Assembly: GCA_017609205.1 (NCBI GenBank)
Contig: JAFCEL010000001.1
Location: forward strand, 30,001-62,000
Length of the DNA stretch: 32,000 bases
Direction of reading: 5' to 3'
Source: Candidatus Saccharimonadota bacterium
GTDB lineage: Archaea; Nanobdellota; Nanobdellia; Pacearchaeales; GW2011-AR1
Numbering within the stretch: position 1 is the stretch's first letter; every line of letters starts with the position of its first letter. Made by a program: the position numbers and the translations under genes. Under the pieces are notes generated by a model. That model saw only the letters and a program-made list of their open reading frames with translations, was not told the DNA's origin and searched no databases. Positions 1 through 9,294 of this stretch are shown piece by piece.

Positions 1-303
1 CCTGTAGTGGTTTTGGAAAAAATATCAGGAAGAGAAGAAGAAGGTTGTTTGTTGTTTGGATATTATGACGGAGAAGAATTCCATGAGAAGAGGTTTGATG
101 GAGAGAATAGAGAGGGAACAAACTTAGGATATTATGTTCTAAGAGAAAATAAAAAGCCACTAAGATTATTTCTTAAGGATATTGAGATTAATCGCGGGTA
201 TATAACTGTTGGGAAATTAAATACTTCACCTTCAAGAGAACAAAAATCCTTGGAGAAAAGACATTCCTCATTGTATGGAATCTTTGAGGAGGCAGTAGCT
301 TAA
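1..303 (+). CDS. Hypothetical protein, C-terminal part (ORF open to the left window edge)
   Basis: The reading frame is open from base 1. The stop TAA at 301-303 lies 1 nt before the rps7 ATG, which suggests translational coupling. It occupies the position where archaeal S12 normally sits but has no S12 motifs. Confidence 0.45.
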   Translation, partial: PVVVLEKISGREEEGCLLFGYYDGEEFHEKRFDGENREGTNLGYYVLRENKKPLRLFLKDIEINRGYITVGKLNTSPSREQKSLEKRHSSLYGIFEEAVA

Positions 304-304
304 G

Positions 305-916
305 ATGGCAGAAACCCAGTTACCACATTTTAAAATCTTTGATAAATATGATTTGTCAGAAGTAAAGGTAGAGGATCCTGGGTTGAAAAGAGTAATTAAT
401 CTTGAGCCTAAGTTGGTTTTAAAGAGTTATGGAAGAAATGTTCAGAAATTTGGTCAGGCAAAAGTTAATGTTGTAGAGAGATTAATGAATAGGGTTGCAA
501 CAGCAGGACATCGAGGGAAAAAACATAGAATACAGAAAGGAAGAGCAACTGGAAAATATTCAAAGAATATGAAAATTGTCTTAGACGCGTTGGAGATGAT
601 TGAGAAAAGAACTGGCAAGAATCCCATTCAAGTTTTAGTTAAGGCAATTGAGAATTCTGCTCCACGTGATGAGATTACAGTGATTGAATATGGAGGTGCA
701 AGATATCCTCAGGCAGTTGATGTTTCTCCTCTCCGACGAGTAAATCTTGCGTTAAGATGGCTTGTGCATGGTGCATCAGATAAAGCGTTTAATAAAAAGA
801 AAACAATTGCACAAGCGCTTTGTGACGAGATTATAATGGCTTCTGAGGAAAATGGCGAGAGTTTTGCAATTAAAAAGAAAAGGGAATCCGAGGCTCAGGC
901 TGATAGTGCTAGGTAA
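305..916 (+). CDS. rps7: 30S ribosomal protein S7 (uS7)
   Basis: 203 aa. Typical archaeal uS7 blocks are present (NVVERLMNRV, KAIENSAPRDEITVIEYGGARYPQAVDVSPLRRVNLALRWL). It lies immediately upstream of EF-2, as in the archaeal str cluster. Confidence 0.95.
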   Translation: MAETQLPHFKIFDKYDLSEVKVEDPGLKRVINLEPKLVLKSYGRNVQKFGQAKVNVVERLMNRVATAGHRGKKHRIQKGRATGKYSKNMKIVLDALEMIEKRTGKNPIQVLVKAIENSAPRDEITVIEYGGARYPQAVDVSPLRRVNLALRWLVHGASDKAFNKKKTIAQALCDEIIMASEENGESFAIKKKRESEAQADSAR

Positions 917-956
917 TTCTGAAGATATTGTTAAGATGAAAATTGATAATATTCAA

Positions 957-979
957 GAAAGTTTTTTAAACCAATTTTT
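957..979 (+). promoter_or_regulatory. Recurrent BRE/TATA-like motif GAAAGTTTTTTAAACCAATTTTT upstream of EF-2
   Basis: Near-identical motifs occur at 4083-4109 and 5714-5737. This copy lies about 40 nt upstream of the EF-2 ATG. A second A/T box at about 991-1001 is closer to the ATG. Confidence 0.4.
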
Positions 980-1018
980 CAATTAATTAATATTAAAATT
1001 TCTTAAGGGAAATTTAGA

Positions 1019-3175
1019 ATGGGCGAAACACCAATAACAAAGTTAATGAAACAACAGGATAGAATCAGGAATATAGCAATTGCTGCGCATATTGACCATG
1101 GTAAAACTACTTTTTCTGATAATCTTCTTGCAGGAGCAGGTATGCTCTCAGAAGAAACTGCTGGAAAACAGAGGGCACTTGATTTTCATGAGGATGAAGC
1201 TTCACGAGGAATCACGATTGATTCAGCTTCGGTATCGATGATTCATGGGGTTGGAGGAGAAGATTATCTTATTAATTTAATTGATACTCCAGGACATGTT
1301 GATTTTGGGGGGGATGTTACCCGTGCAATGCGTGCTGTTGATGGATGTATTATTTTAACTTGTGCTGTTGAGGGTGTTATGCCTCAGACAGAAACAGTTG
1401 TAAGGCAGGCATTAAAAGAATTAGTTAAGCCGGTTCTATTTATTAATAAAGTTGATAGGCTAATCAAAGAGGTTAAGCTTACACCAGAAGCAATGCAACA
1501 AAGATTCATTAAGATAATCGACCATGTTAATGAGTTAATTGAGAATATTGCTCCTGAAGGCTATAAGCAGAAATGGAAGGTTGGTGTTGGTGAGGGAACT
1601 GTTGCTTTTGGAAGCGCGTTTCACAATTGGGCTTTGAGTTTTCCATATATGAAAGAAAAAGGAATTACTTTTAAGGATGTCATTAATGCTTATGAAAATG
1701 ATAATTATAAAGAGTTGGCTAAGAAAGCTCCGTTGCATGAAGTTGTTCTAGATATGTCAATAAAGCATCATCCAAATCCTGTTGATGCACAAAAATATAG
1801 AATTCCGAAGATATGGCATGGTGATCTTGATTCTGAAGTAGGAAGAGCATTGATTAATTGTGATCAGAAAGGAGAACCGGTTTTTGTTCCGATTAAGATT
1901 GTTGTTGATAAGCATGCAGGAGAAGTTGCATGTGGGAGGTTGTTTTCAGGAACAATGAAGCAAGGTGATGAGGTTTATATGAATCTTGCAAAAAGAAGAA
2001 TCCGTATTCAGCAGGTTTCTGTTTACAAAGGTGCTCAAAGAACTATCGTTGATAGTGTTAGTGCTGGAAACATAATCGGTGTTGTCGGGCTTAGAGATGT
2101 TTTTGCAGGAGAAACAGTGAGCAAAAATGAAATTGAGCCGTTTGAGGCAATCAAGCATCTGTTTGAACCTGTTGTTACTAAATCAATTGAGCCTACGAAA
2201 GCAGCAGATTTGCCTAAACTTGTTGAAGTTCTAAAACAGATTGCAAAGGAAGACCCCTCGATAAGAGTAGAGATTAATGAACAGACAGGTGAATCTCTTA
2301 TTTCTGGAATGGGTGAGTTGCATTTGGAGATTATTGAAAATAGGATCAAAACAGAGAAAGGTCTTGATGTTAAAACATCTCCTCCGATAATTGTTTATCG
2401 TGAAACAGTTGGCAAGGAATCCAGTGTTGTTGAAGGAAGGAGTCCTAATAAACATAATAGTTTCTATATTAAAGTTGCTCCATTAGAGGATGAAATCTAT
2501 GAAGCAATTAGAAATGGGGATTTGCGTGAAGGAAGATTAAAGAAAAAAAATCCTGAAGTCGCAGAAGTTCTCTCTCGATTTGGCTGGGATGGGGATATGA
2601 TAAGAAATGTACGGGATATCTATAAGGGAAATATGTTCCTCGACGAGACAAGGGGTGAAGTTCATATTCAGGAGGTTATAGAGATGGTCATGGACGCCTT
2701 TGAGATGGTCATGGACCAAGGACCTTTGGCGAGAGAGCCATGTATGAAAATGAAAGTTTCTCTTGTTGATATTAAGTTGCATGAAGACGCGATTCATCGA
2801 GGCCCTGCACAAGTTTATCCTGCTGTTCGTGAGGGAATCAAAGGAGCTATGAATAAAGCAGATCCTTGTTTATTAGAGCCATTACAGATTCATGTTATTG
2901 AAGTCCCTGATAGTTTTATGGGAACAATTACAAAACTCGTCGGAAGCAAGAGAGGACAAACTCTTGATATGGAGCAGGAAGGAAGCATTGTAAAAATAAA
3001 GGCGAAAGTTCCTGTTGCAGAAATGCTTGGCTGGTCAAATGATTTGCGAAGTGCGACAGAAGGTCGTGGAAGCTCCTCGCTTCTTGAACAGGATTTTGAG
3101 AAGGTTCCTTCAGGGATGCAGGCTGATGTAATTAAGAGAATTCGTGATAGAAAAGGACTAGCAGAAAATCAGTGA
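1019..3175 (+). CDS. fusA: Translation elongation factor 2 (aEF-2)
   Basis: 718 aa. GTPase motifs AHIDHGKTT, DTPGHVDF and NKVDR are present, along with the archaeal/eukaryotic EF-2 C-terminal domain including the HEDAIHRGP diphthamide loop. Confidence 0.97.
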   Translation: MGETPITKLMKQQDRIRNIAIAAHIDHGKTTFSDNLLAGAGMLSEETAGKQRALDFHEDEASRGITIDSASVSMIHGVGGEDYLINLIDTPGHVDFGGDVTRAMRAVDGCIILTCAVEGVMPQTETVVRQALKELVKPVLFINKVDRLIKEVKLTPEAMQQRFIKIIDHVNELIENIAPEGYKQKWKVGVGEGTVAFGSAFHNWALSFPYMKEKGITFKDVINAYENDNYKELAKKAPLHEVVLDMSIKHHPNPVDAQKYRIPKIWHGDLDSEVGRALINCDQKGEPVFVPIKIVVDKHAGEVACGRLFSGTMKQGDEVYMNLAKRRIRIQQVSVYKGAQRTIVDSVSAGNIIGVVGLRDVFAGETVSKNEIEPFEAIKHLFEPVVTKSIEPTKAADLPKLVEVLKQIAKEDPSIRVEINEQTGESLISGMGELHLEIIENRIKTEKGLDVKTSPPIIVYRETVGKESSVVEGRSPNKHNSFYIKVAPLEDEIYEAIRNGDLREGRLKKKNPEVAEVLSRFGWDGDMIRNVRDIYKGNMFLDETRGEVHIQEVIEMVMDAFEMVMDQGPLAREPCMKMKVSLVDIKLHEDAIHRGPAQVYPAVREGIKGAMNKADPCLLEPLQIHVIEVPDSFMGTITKLVGSKRGQTLDMEQEGSIVKIKAKVPVAEMLGWSNDLRSATEGRGSSSLLEQDFEKVPSGMQADVIKRIRDRKGLAENQ

Positions 3176-3186
3176 TGCTTAATTCT

Positions 3187-3993
3187 TTAGATTAACAAAC
3201 TCCCTAACATCAACAAAGCAAAGATTAATACAAAATATCCGAAGTTAATCTTTTTTGAAATTTTCATTAATACAGAAATTGTTGCAATTCCAAAAGTGAA
3301 TGATGCAAGAATTCCTACGAAAGATGCGAGAGTTGTGATTTGTGCGAATTTGTTGAAATTAATGAAGATATTTCCGAGTAAAACAATTGGTAGGGACATA
3401 AGGAAACTTAAACGAAGCGCTGTTGTATCGTCGAATTTTCTCAGAAGCAAGGTAGAGATTGTAATTCCTGACCGCGACAAACCAGGAAGAGATGCAAGAC
3501 CTTGGGTGATTCCTAGTAAGATTGAGTCATTTTTTCTCAAGTGAATTTCTTTTCTCAGACCTTGTGATTTAATCTTAATTTGTAGGTAACCAGTTATCAA
3601 AAGAAAAATAGCTACGAAGAAAGTTATTGTTTTTCCGGTAAGCTCTAAGTGAGACTCAAAGGACTCGAGAGTTTTTATGATTGCAAGACCGATTGCCCCT
3701 GAAATTATCGTCGATAAAATCAGAAAATTCAAGATTTTTTTTGTTTCTAAATCTGACTTTCTATAGTTGAACAGAGATTTTATTAGTTTGTGAATATCTT
3801 TTCTAAAATAAACTATTGCTGCGAAGAAAGTTCCTAAATGCAAAAATAAAGCAATATGAAGAAGTTCTGACACTTTTGTTATCCCTAAAAAATTTGAATT
3901 AATAAAAGTGATAACTCCACTTGAACTTATGGGCAGCCATTCTGTTATTCCTTGAATTATTCCCAAGATAAATTGGATTATAATCTGATTCAT
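3187..3993 (-). CDS. uppP: Undecaprenyl-diphosphate phosphatase (BacA/UppP family)
   Basis: 268 aa polytopic membrane protein. It has the N-terminal GITEWLPISSSG motif and the SRSG motif typical of UppP. Confidence 0.88.
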   Translation of the reverse strand: MNQIIIQFILGIIQGITEWLPISSSGVITFINSNFLGITKVSELLHIALFLHLGTFFAAIVYFRKDIHKLIKSLFNYRKSDLETKKILNFLILSTIISGAIGLAIIKTLESFESHLELTGKTITFFVAIFLLITGYLQIKIKSQGLRKEIHLRKNDSILLGITQGLASLPGLSRSGITISTLLLRKFDDTTALRLSFLMSLPIVLLGNIFINFNKFAQITTLASFVGILASFTFGIATISVLMKISKKINFGYFVLIFALLMLGSLLI

Positions 3994-4082
3994 AACATGT
4001 TAAGAAATTGTGAATTAAAAATTTAACTAATCGACGATTTCTCGACGAAAAAGGAATACTTTATTTTGAGTCTAAATTTAAC

Positions 4083-4109
4083 GAAAAGTTTTTAAACTAA
4101 AATTTTTTT
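4083..4109 (+). promoter_or_regulatory. Recurrent BRE/TATA-like motif GAAAAGTTTTTAAACTAAAATTTTTTT upstream of EF-1alpha
   Basis: Second copy of the motif seen at 957-979 and 5714-5737. A further TATA-like ATTTTATAC sits about 20 nt before the ATG. Confidence 0.4.
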
Positions 4110-4150
4110 ATCATAACACTAAACATTTTATACTTAGATAAAAACGAAAA

Positions 4151-5434
4151 ATGGCTAAAGAAAAACCAAACATGAATGTTGTGTTTGTAGGGCATGTTGA
4201 TGCTGGGAAGTCAACAATAGTTGGACAATTAATGTTCCAAAGTGGTGCTGTTTCTGAACAGGAAATGGCTAAACTAAGAGCAGAAGCAGAGAAACATGGA
4301 AAACAGGGTTTTGAGTTTGCTTACATTATGGATAAGATTAGAGAATCAAGAGAGAGAGGTGTTACAATTGATTTATCTTACAAGAAGATTATGACACAAA
4401 AGTGGCAGATAACAATTATTGATGCTCCTGGTCACAGAGATTTTGTTAAAAATATGATTACTGGTGCTTCACAAGCTGATTCAGCATTCTTAGTTATTGC
4501 TGCTCCTGCAGGAGTTCAGCCACAAACAACAGAACACCTATGGCTATTGAGAACAATGGGTGTAAAGAATTTGTGTGTAGCAATTAATAAGATGGATGCT
4601 GTTGACTATAAAGAAGAGAAATATAATCAAGTTAAGGAAGATGTTGGAAAATTATTAAAGGGTGTTGGAGTTAATCCTGACCAAACAACTTTTATTGCAT
4701 GCTCAGGTCTGAAAGGTGAAAATATCACAAAGAAATCTGATAAAATGCCTTGGTATAAGGGACCTACAATTCTGGAACAGTTTGATTTATTCCCTGCACC
4801 TGAATTACCAACAGACCTTCCAATGAGAATGCCTGTTCAAGATGTTTATGAGATTACAGGTATTGGAACTGTCCCTGTTGGAAAAATTGAAACAGGTGTG
4901 ATGAAGCAAGGAATGAAAGTTAAGGTTCTTCCAGGAAGAACTGGTAAAGGAATTGAAGGAGAAGTAAAGACTATTGAAATGCATCATGAATCACTTCCTC
5001 AAGCAGATGCTGGAGATAATGTTGGAATAAATATAAGAGGTGTTGGAAAGAAGGACATTGCTAGAGGAGATGTTGTATGTGATGCTGCAAAGCCAATTCC
5101 AGTAGTAGAAGAGTTTGAAGCAACAATAACTGTTATTAATCATCCAACTGTTTTAGCAAAAGGATATACTCCTGTATTTCATGTTCATACAGCCCAAGTT
5201 CCTTGTCAATTTGTAGAATTGATTGCAAAGATAAACCCTGCTACAGGTGAGGTTATTCAGGAAAATCCTGATTTCTTGAAAAATGGAGATTCTGCAAGAG
5301 TAAAGATCAAGCCTCAAGGAAATCTTTGCTTAGAGACAAATAAGGATAATCCTTATATGAGTCGATTTGCAGTTCGAGATGCTGGTGCGACAGTTGCTGC
5401 AGGTATGTGCACAGCAATTATTAAACAAAAATAA
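4151..5434 (+). CDS. tuf: Translation elongation factor 1-alpha (aEF-1alpha/EF-Tu family)
   Basis: 427 aa. Motifs [17 protein letters not shown] and NKMD are present, and the length and domains II/III are typical of aEF-1alpha. Confidence 0.97.
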   Translation: MAKEKPNMNVVFVGHVDAGKSTIVGQLMFQSGAVSEQEMAKLRAEAEKHGKQGFEFAYIMDKIRESRERGVTIDLSYKKIMTQKWQITIIDAPGHRDFVKNMITGASQADSAFLVIAAPAGVQPQTTEHLWLLRTMGVKNLCVAINKMDAVDYKEEKYNQVKEDVGKLLKGVGVNPDQTTFIACSGLKGENITKKSDKMPWYKGPTILEQFDLFPAPELPTDLPMRMPVQDVYEITGIGTVPVGKIETGVMKQGMKVKVLPGRTGKGIEGEVKTIEMHHESLPQADAGDNVGINIRGVGKKDIARGDVVCDAAKPIPVVEEFEATITVINHPTVLAKGYTPVFHVHTAQVPCQFVELIAKINPATGEVIQENPDFLKNGDSARVKIKPQGNLCLETNKDNPYMSRFAVRDAGATVAAGMCTAIIKQK

Positions 5435-5449
5435 TTCTTTTATGGAATA

Positions 5450-5713
5450 ATGGCGCAAAATTCTTTCTATATTACTTTTGAATATGGGAATTGCAGCAGA
5501 ATTCAGGAAAAGGATAAGAGATTAGCGGAATATTTAACGAGCAGAATAAAAAGAGCGAGTATCGAGAAATATACTGAAACGAATGTAAGAACTAATTGTG
5601 GGATTGCAATGAGATTAGAAGGAGATATAAAGCATATTGAGAGATGCGTTGATAGGATAAGTTCAAGATTTGACTTTATAAGTGCGATTAGGATAAGATA
5701 TCCAAGAGGCTAA
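5450..5713 (+). CDS. Hypothetical 87-aa protein at the syntenic position of ribosomal protein S10 (not recognisably S10)
   Basis: The ORF starts 15 nt after the EF-1alpha stop. An 87-codon open frame is unlikely by chance in DNA this AT-rich. It lacks the S10 GPIPLPT core. Confidence 0.45.
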   Translation: MAQNSFYITFEYGNCSRIQEKDKRLAEYLTSRIKRASIEKYTETNVRTNCGIAMRLEGDIKHIERCVDRISSRFDFISAIRIRYPRG

Positions 5714-5737
5714 CAAAAATCTTTTAAACTAAATTTT
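5714..5737 (+). promoter_or_regulatory. Third copy of the BRE/TATA-like motif (CAAAAATCTTTTAAACTAAATTTT)
   Basis: Sequence similarity to 957-979 and 4083-4109. It lies about 150 nt upstream of dnaG, which has its own ATTATAAATTT box at about 5851-5861. Confidence 0.3.
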
Positions 5738-5886
5738 CTACTAATCAATAATAGAAAAATATCATAGATTATTATTAATCATTTTCATTATTTCACGTTC
5801 ATTTTTAGCCTTGTGCTATTTATGAAAACATTGGTATTTTTCTATTCGGAATTATAAATTTCGGGAAATTAAAATTAAGAATAAAA

Positions 5887-7023
5887 ATGGCGAAAATAAG
5901 TCCAGTATCAATAAAATATATGATACATGCGAACTTTTCAGCAGAAGGAGCACTTGAAAAGCCAGATGTAATCGGTGCTATATTCGGGCAGACAGAAGGA
6001 TTGCTTGGTGCAGACCTTGAAATGAGGGAATTGCAGAAAGAAGGTAAAATAGGAAGGATAGAGGTTGATCTGAGTAGGGAAGGAAAAAGGACTCTTGGAA
6101 TGATAAAGATTCCAACTGCACTTGATCAATCAGAAACAACCTTAATTGCTGCTGCTATTGAGACAATAGACCGAATAGGTCCTTGTGATTCAAACATTGA
6201 GGTTGAAAGAATAGAGGATGTCCGTGGAAGCAAAAGAGATTACATTATTGAGAGAGCAAAAAAATTGATGGGAAGCATTGAAGGCGCTACTGATTCGCGG
6301 GAGATTTCAAATGCAATCAAAGATTCTGCGAAGATTGCAAATGTGCAAGAGTATGGCGAAAGCAAGCTTCCTTATGGAGATCTTTCTGGGAAGGAAATTA
6401 TTGTTGTTGAAGGAAGGGCAGATGTTCTTAATCTTTTAAGAGCAGGAGTGAAAAATGTTATTGCAATGAATGGAACAAAACTTCCTTCTGAGATAAAAGA
6501 ATTAAGCAAAGAGAAAGATATTACTCTTTTTGTTGATGGAGACAGAGGGGGAAGATTGATTGCCCAGAATGTTGTGGATAATGCCAAGGTTAGGTTTATT
6601 GCAGTTGCTCCTGACGGAAAAGAAGTCGAGGAACTTACTGGAAAAGAAGTTCTTATGTGCTTGAGAAAGAAGAACTCTGTGGAAGATTTCTTCTCGAGGA
6701 ATAACAATAATGGCTCTTTTTTGTCTGAGAGACATAAGAGGGAGATTGAGTTAGACAAGAAAAAGCTCAAGGAAATTTCAGAGAAGAATAAAAACTCTGA
6801 AAAGGCAATTTTTTTAGATGAAAATCTAGATGAAATGAAGAAAGTTTCAATTAGGGCACTTGCAAGCTCTCTTAAGAGAGCAGAAAATAAGCCAAGTGTG
6901 ATTGTTGTTGATGGCCCTGTTACAAGTGCAATTATAAAATCTGCAGAAGAGTCGCATGTTAAGGCAATTGTTGCTAAAAATTTCTTAGCAACAAGTAATA
7001 AAATTAAATTATTAAGTTTTTAA
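5887..7023 (+). CDS. dnaG: Archaeal DnaG-like primase (TOPRIM domain protein, exosome-associated in other archaea)
   Basis: 378 aa. The N-terminus KYMIHANFSAEGALEKPDVIGAIFGQTEGLLG is the conserved archaeal DnaG signature. A TOPRIM block follows (IVVEGRADVLNL ... LFVDGDRGG). Confidence 0.9.
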   Translation: MAKISPVSIKYMIHANFSAEGALEKPDVIGAIFGQTEGLLGADLEMRELQKEGKIGRIEVDLSREGKRTLGMIKIPTALDQSETTLIAAAIETIDRIGPCDSNIEVERIEDVRGSKRDYIIERAKKLMGSIEGATDSREISNAIKDSAKIANVQEYGESKLPYGDLSGKEIIVVEGRADVLNLLRAGVKNVIAMNGTKLPSEIKELSKEKDITLFVDGDRGGRLIAQNVVDNAKVRFIAVAPDGKEVEELTGKEVLMCLRKKNSVEDFFSRNNNNGSFLSERHKREIELDKKKLKEISEKNKNSEKAIFLDENLDEMKKVSIRALASSLKRAENKPSVIVVDGPVTSAIIKSAEESHVKAIVAKNFLATSNKIKLLSF

Positions 7024-7028
7024 TTATG

Positions 7029-7067
7029 AAACTCTCAAGGTTGTTCCCTTGAGAGTTTTTGTTTTTT
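7029..7067 (+). terminator. Hairpin plus oligo-T terminator after dnaG
   Basis: A perfect 12-bp stem, AAACTCTCAAGG (7029-7040) with CCTTGAGAGTTT (7047-7058), has a 6-nt loop and is followed by TTGTTTTTT. Confidence 0.6.
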
Positions 7068-7079
7068 AGAGGTTTAAGA

Positions 7080-7871
7080 ATGTCAAATATAGAAATAGGA
7101 CCAGCAGGTATTGGACCTGTAAAGGATGTTGAATACACATTTGAAGAATTTAGTGGACTGGGAATTCATGTTGCAGAAATTCCTTTTACATACGGTATTT
7201 TTATTAAAGATAAAAAAGTTGCTGAGAAAATTAAAGAGGCAGCAAGGAGATTTAAGATTGGTCTTAGTATTCATGCTCCTTATTGGATTAATTTGAATTC
7301 AGAAGATTTAAAGAAAGTCAGGGCGAGCAAACAAAGAATTTTGAGATGTTGCGAGGTTGGTGATTGGATTGGTGCAGAAAAAGTTGTTTTTCATTGCGGT
7401 TATTTTGGAAGGAGAAAGAGAGAACAGACTTATAAGAATATTAGAAAGAGAATTAAGGAGATACAAGAGGATATTAAGAAAAAAGGCTGGAATGTTAAAC
7501 TTTGTCCAGAGACAATGGGAAAAATCAATGTTTTTGGGAGTGTTGAGGAGATTTCGCGTTTAGTGAAAGATACCGGATGTAGTTTTTGTTTAGATTTTGC
7601 ACATATTCTTGCAAGAGATAAAACAGTTGATTGGAGGAAAATCAAAAGATTATTTCCAAAGAAGGAATGGCATTGTCATTTCTCAGGAATTGAATATAAT
7701 GATAAAGGTGAAAGACATCATGTAAAAACAGAGAAGAAATATTGGAGATGGTTGCTGAAGAATTTGCCTGGTAGTAAAAAGATAACAATAATTAATGAAG
7801 CACCAACACCTTTTGATGATTCTCTTTTAGGAATTGAAATCTTGAAGAATGATTTCACTGATAGTAACTGA
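7080..7871 (+). CDS. nfo: AP endonuclease family 2 / endonuclease IV-like TIM-barrel protein
   Basis: Metal-ligand-like blocks are present: SIHAPYWINL, VFHCGY, PETMGK, LDFAHILAR, HCHFSGIEY, IINEAP. I place the start at ATG 7080 (MSNIEIG). The TTG at 7059 lies inside the upstream terminator. Confidence 0.78.
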   Translation: MSNIEIGPAGIGPVKDVEYTFEEFSGLGIHVAEIPFTYGIFIKDKKVAEKIKEAARRFKIGLSIHAPYWINLNSEDLKKVRASKQRILRCCEVGDWIGAEKVVFHCGYFGRRKREQTYKNIRKRIKEIQEDIKKKGWNVKLCPETMGKINVFGSVEEISRLVKDTGCSFCLDFAHILARDKTVDWRKIKRLFPKKEWHCHFSGIEYNDKGERHHVKTEKKYWRWLLKNLPGSKKITIINEAPTPFDDSLLGIEILKNDFTDSN

Positions 7872-7994
7872 CACTTAGTATTTTTATTGTAACTTAAGAA
7901 TTACTACAACAATAAAATTTATAAAGAAGTTCTTATGTCTAAAATAACAAAAAACAAGGTTTTTTGTGTTAATTAAATTAAATAAAATGATAAG

Positions 7995-9215
7995 ATGAGA
8001 GCGAAAAACCTTAGGGTTTTTTTCCTTGCAATTGTGAGTGTATTGTTCTCAGTAGCACTAGCAAGCGCTGCTCCTCTTGCAAACATTTATTCTGTTGAAG
8101 TCGACGGAATGTACGCACTTGACAACGATGTCAGTGTTGTTGCAGGCGATACAATTCAGGTAAAAGTTTTCTTTGAGGCATTGGAAGATGCTTCAAATGT
8201 GAGAGTTGAAGCAGAGCTTGAGGGTAAGAAAATAGATGTCACTGATAAGACAACTCGCTTTGATGTAGAGCAAGACCATATCTATAGAAAGGCTCTCTCA
8301 CTTGAAATCCCTAATGAGTTAAAGGATGAAGTGAGTGAGGATTTTACTATGACAATTAAGATATGGAACAGTGAATACAAGTCAGAAAGAGAAATGACTG
8401 TGAGAGTTCAGAGGCCTACATTTGATGCAGATGTTATGGCTATTACTACAGACCAAAGAGTTAAGGCAGGGGATATTCTTCCTGTCGATGTTGCTGTAAG
8501 AAATGTTGGCTATAACGAACTTGAAGACTTGTATGTGAAGTTGTCTATTCCTGAATTGGGAATTGAGAAGACATCTTATTTCGGTGATGTTGTTGCACGA
8601 GAGTGCTACGACGAGGAAGGCTACTGTGACGAGGATGACGAAGATGTGATTGAAGGTCGTTTTTATCTTAAGATTCCTTATGATGCCAGAGCAGGTGTCT
8701 ATGAACTTGTTGCAAGTGTAGACAACCATGATCTTGATAAAAGCGAATCTATTAAGATAATTATTGAAAACGACTTTTCAGAAAGCAATGTGATTGCAAC
8801 TGAAATCAGCAAAAACTTTGCCGTTGGTGTTGATGCAGAGTATTTCTTGATTGTTGCAAATCCAACTGACAATTTGAAAGTTTATAGAATTGTCACAGAT
8901 TCGTCAAAAGGAATTTCTGTAAAAGCAGACCAAAGTGTTGTAGCTGTTCCAGCTGGTTCAAGCAGAACAGTTAAGGTGACAGCAAATGCTGACTCACAGG
9001 GAACATATAACTTTGATGTGAATGTTTTCTCTGGAGAGAGTCTTGTAAGCAAGACAACACTTAGTGCTAATGTTTCAGGAACTTCCTTTGGAACTCCGAT
9101 TGCAGTTTTGACAATCATCCTAGCAATAGTATTTTTAGTATTGCTTGTTGTATTGATTGTTCTTTTAGGAAAAAAACCTGAAAAACAAGAAGAATTCGGA
9201 GAAAGTTATTACTAA
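7995..9215 (+). CDS. Secreted, C-terminally membrane-anchored surface protein with CARDB-like beta-sandwich repeats
   Basis: It has an N-terminal signal peptide (FFLAIVSVLFSVALASA), CARDB-like segments (e.g. AGDILPVDVAVRNVGYNELEDLYVKLSIPELG), and a C-terminal TM helix followed by a charged tail. Confidence 0.7.
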   Translation: MRAKNLRVFFLAIVSVLFSVALASAAPLANIYSVEVDGMYALDNDVSVVAGDTIQVKVFFEALEDASNVRVEAELEGKKIDVTDKTTRFDVEQDHIYRKALSLEIPNELKDEVSEDFTMTIKIWNSEYKSEREMTVRVQRPTFDADVMAITTDQRVKAGDILPVDVAVRNVGYNELEDLYVKLSIPELGIEKTSYFGDVVARECYDEEGYCDEDDEDVIEGRFYLKIPYDARAGVYELVASVDNHDLDKSESIKIIIENDFSESNVIATEISKNFAVGVDAEYFLIVANPTDNLKVYRIVTDSSKGISVKADQSVVAVPAGSSRTVKVTANADSQGTYNFDVNVFSGESLVSKTTLSANVSGTSFGTPIAVLTIILAIVFLVLLVVLIVLLGKKPEKQEEFGESYY

Positions 9216-9294
9216 TTTTCCTTTATTTTTTTATTATTTTTCATTTTAACTTTCTCCTTTTATTTTATGAAGAGAGATTCTACTATCAAGGAAT

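Noticed and set aside
1535-2812. Multiple antisense ORFs (67-104 aa) inside the EF-2 gene, and similar ones inside tuf, dnaG, smc, rnhB (13776-14336), the thermosome, the MTase and the transposase
   Set aside because: They lie fully within strongly supported genes on the opposite strand. They have low-complexity, Phe/Ile/Ser/Leu-rich translations typical of the antisense of AT-rich coding DNA. They have no motifs.
4031-4048. Direct repeat TCGACGA x2 (11-bp spacing) in the uppP/tuf divergent intergenic region as a regulator-binding site
   Set aside because: There are only two 7-mers with no further support. This could easily be chance. It is mentioned here only for completeness.
5450-5713. 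Calling this ORF ribosomal protein S10 because of its position after EF-1alpha
   Set aside because: The translation lacks the conserved S10 core (GPIPLPT and flanking pattern). It is kept as hypothetical and flagged as a synteny anomaly.
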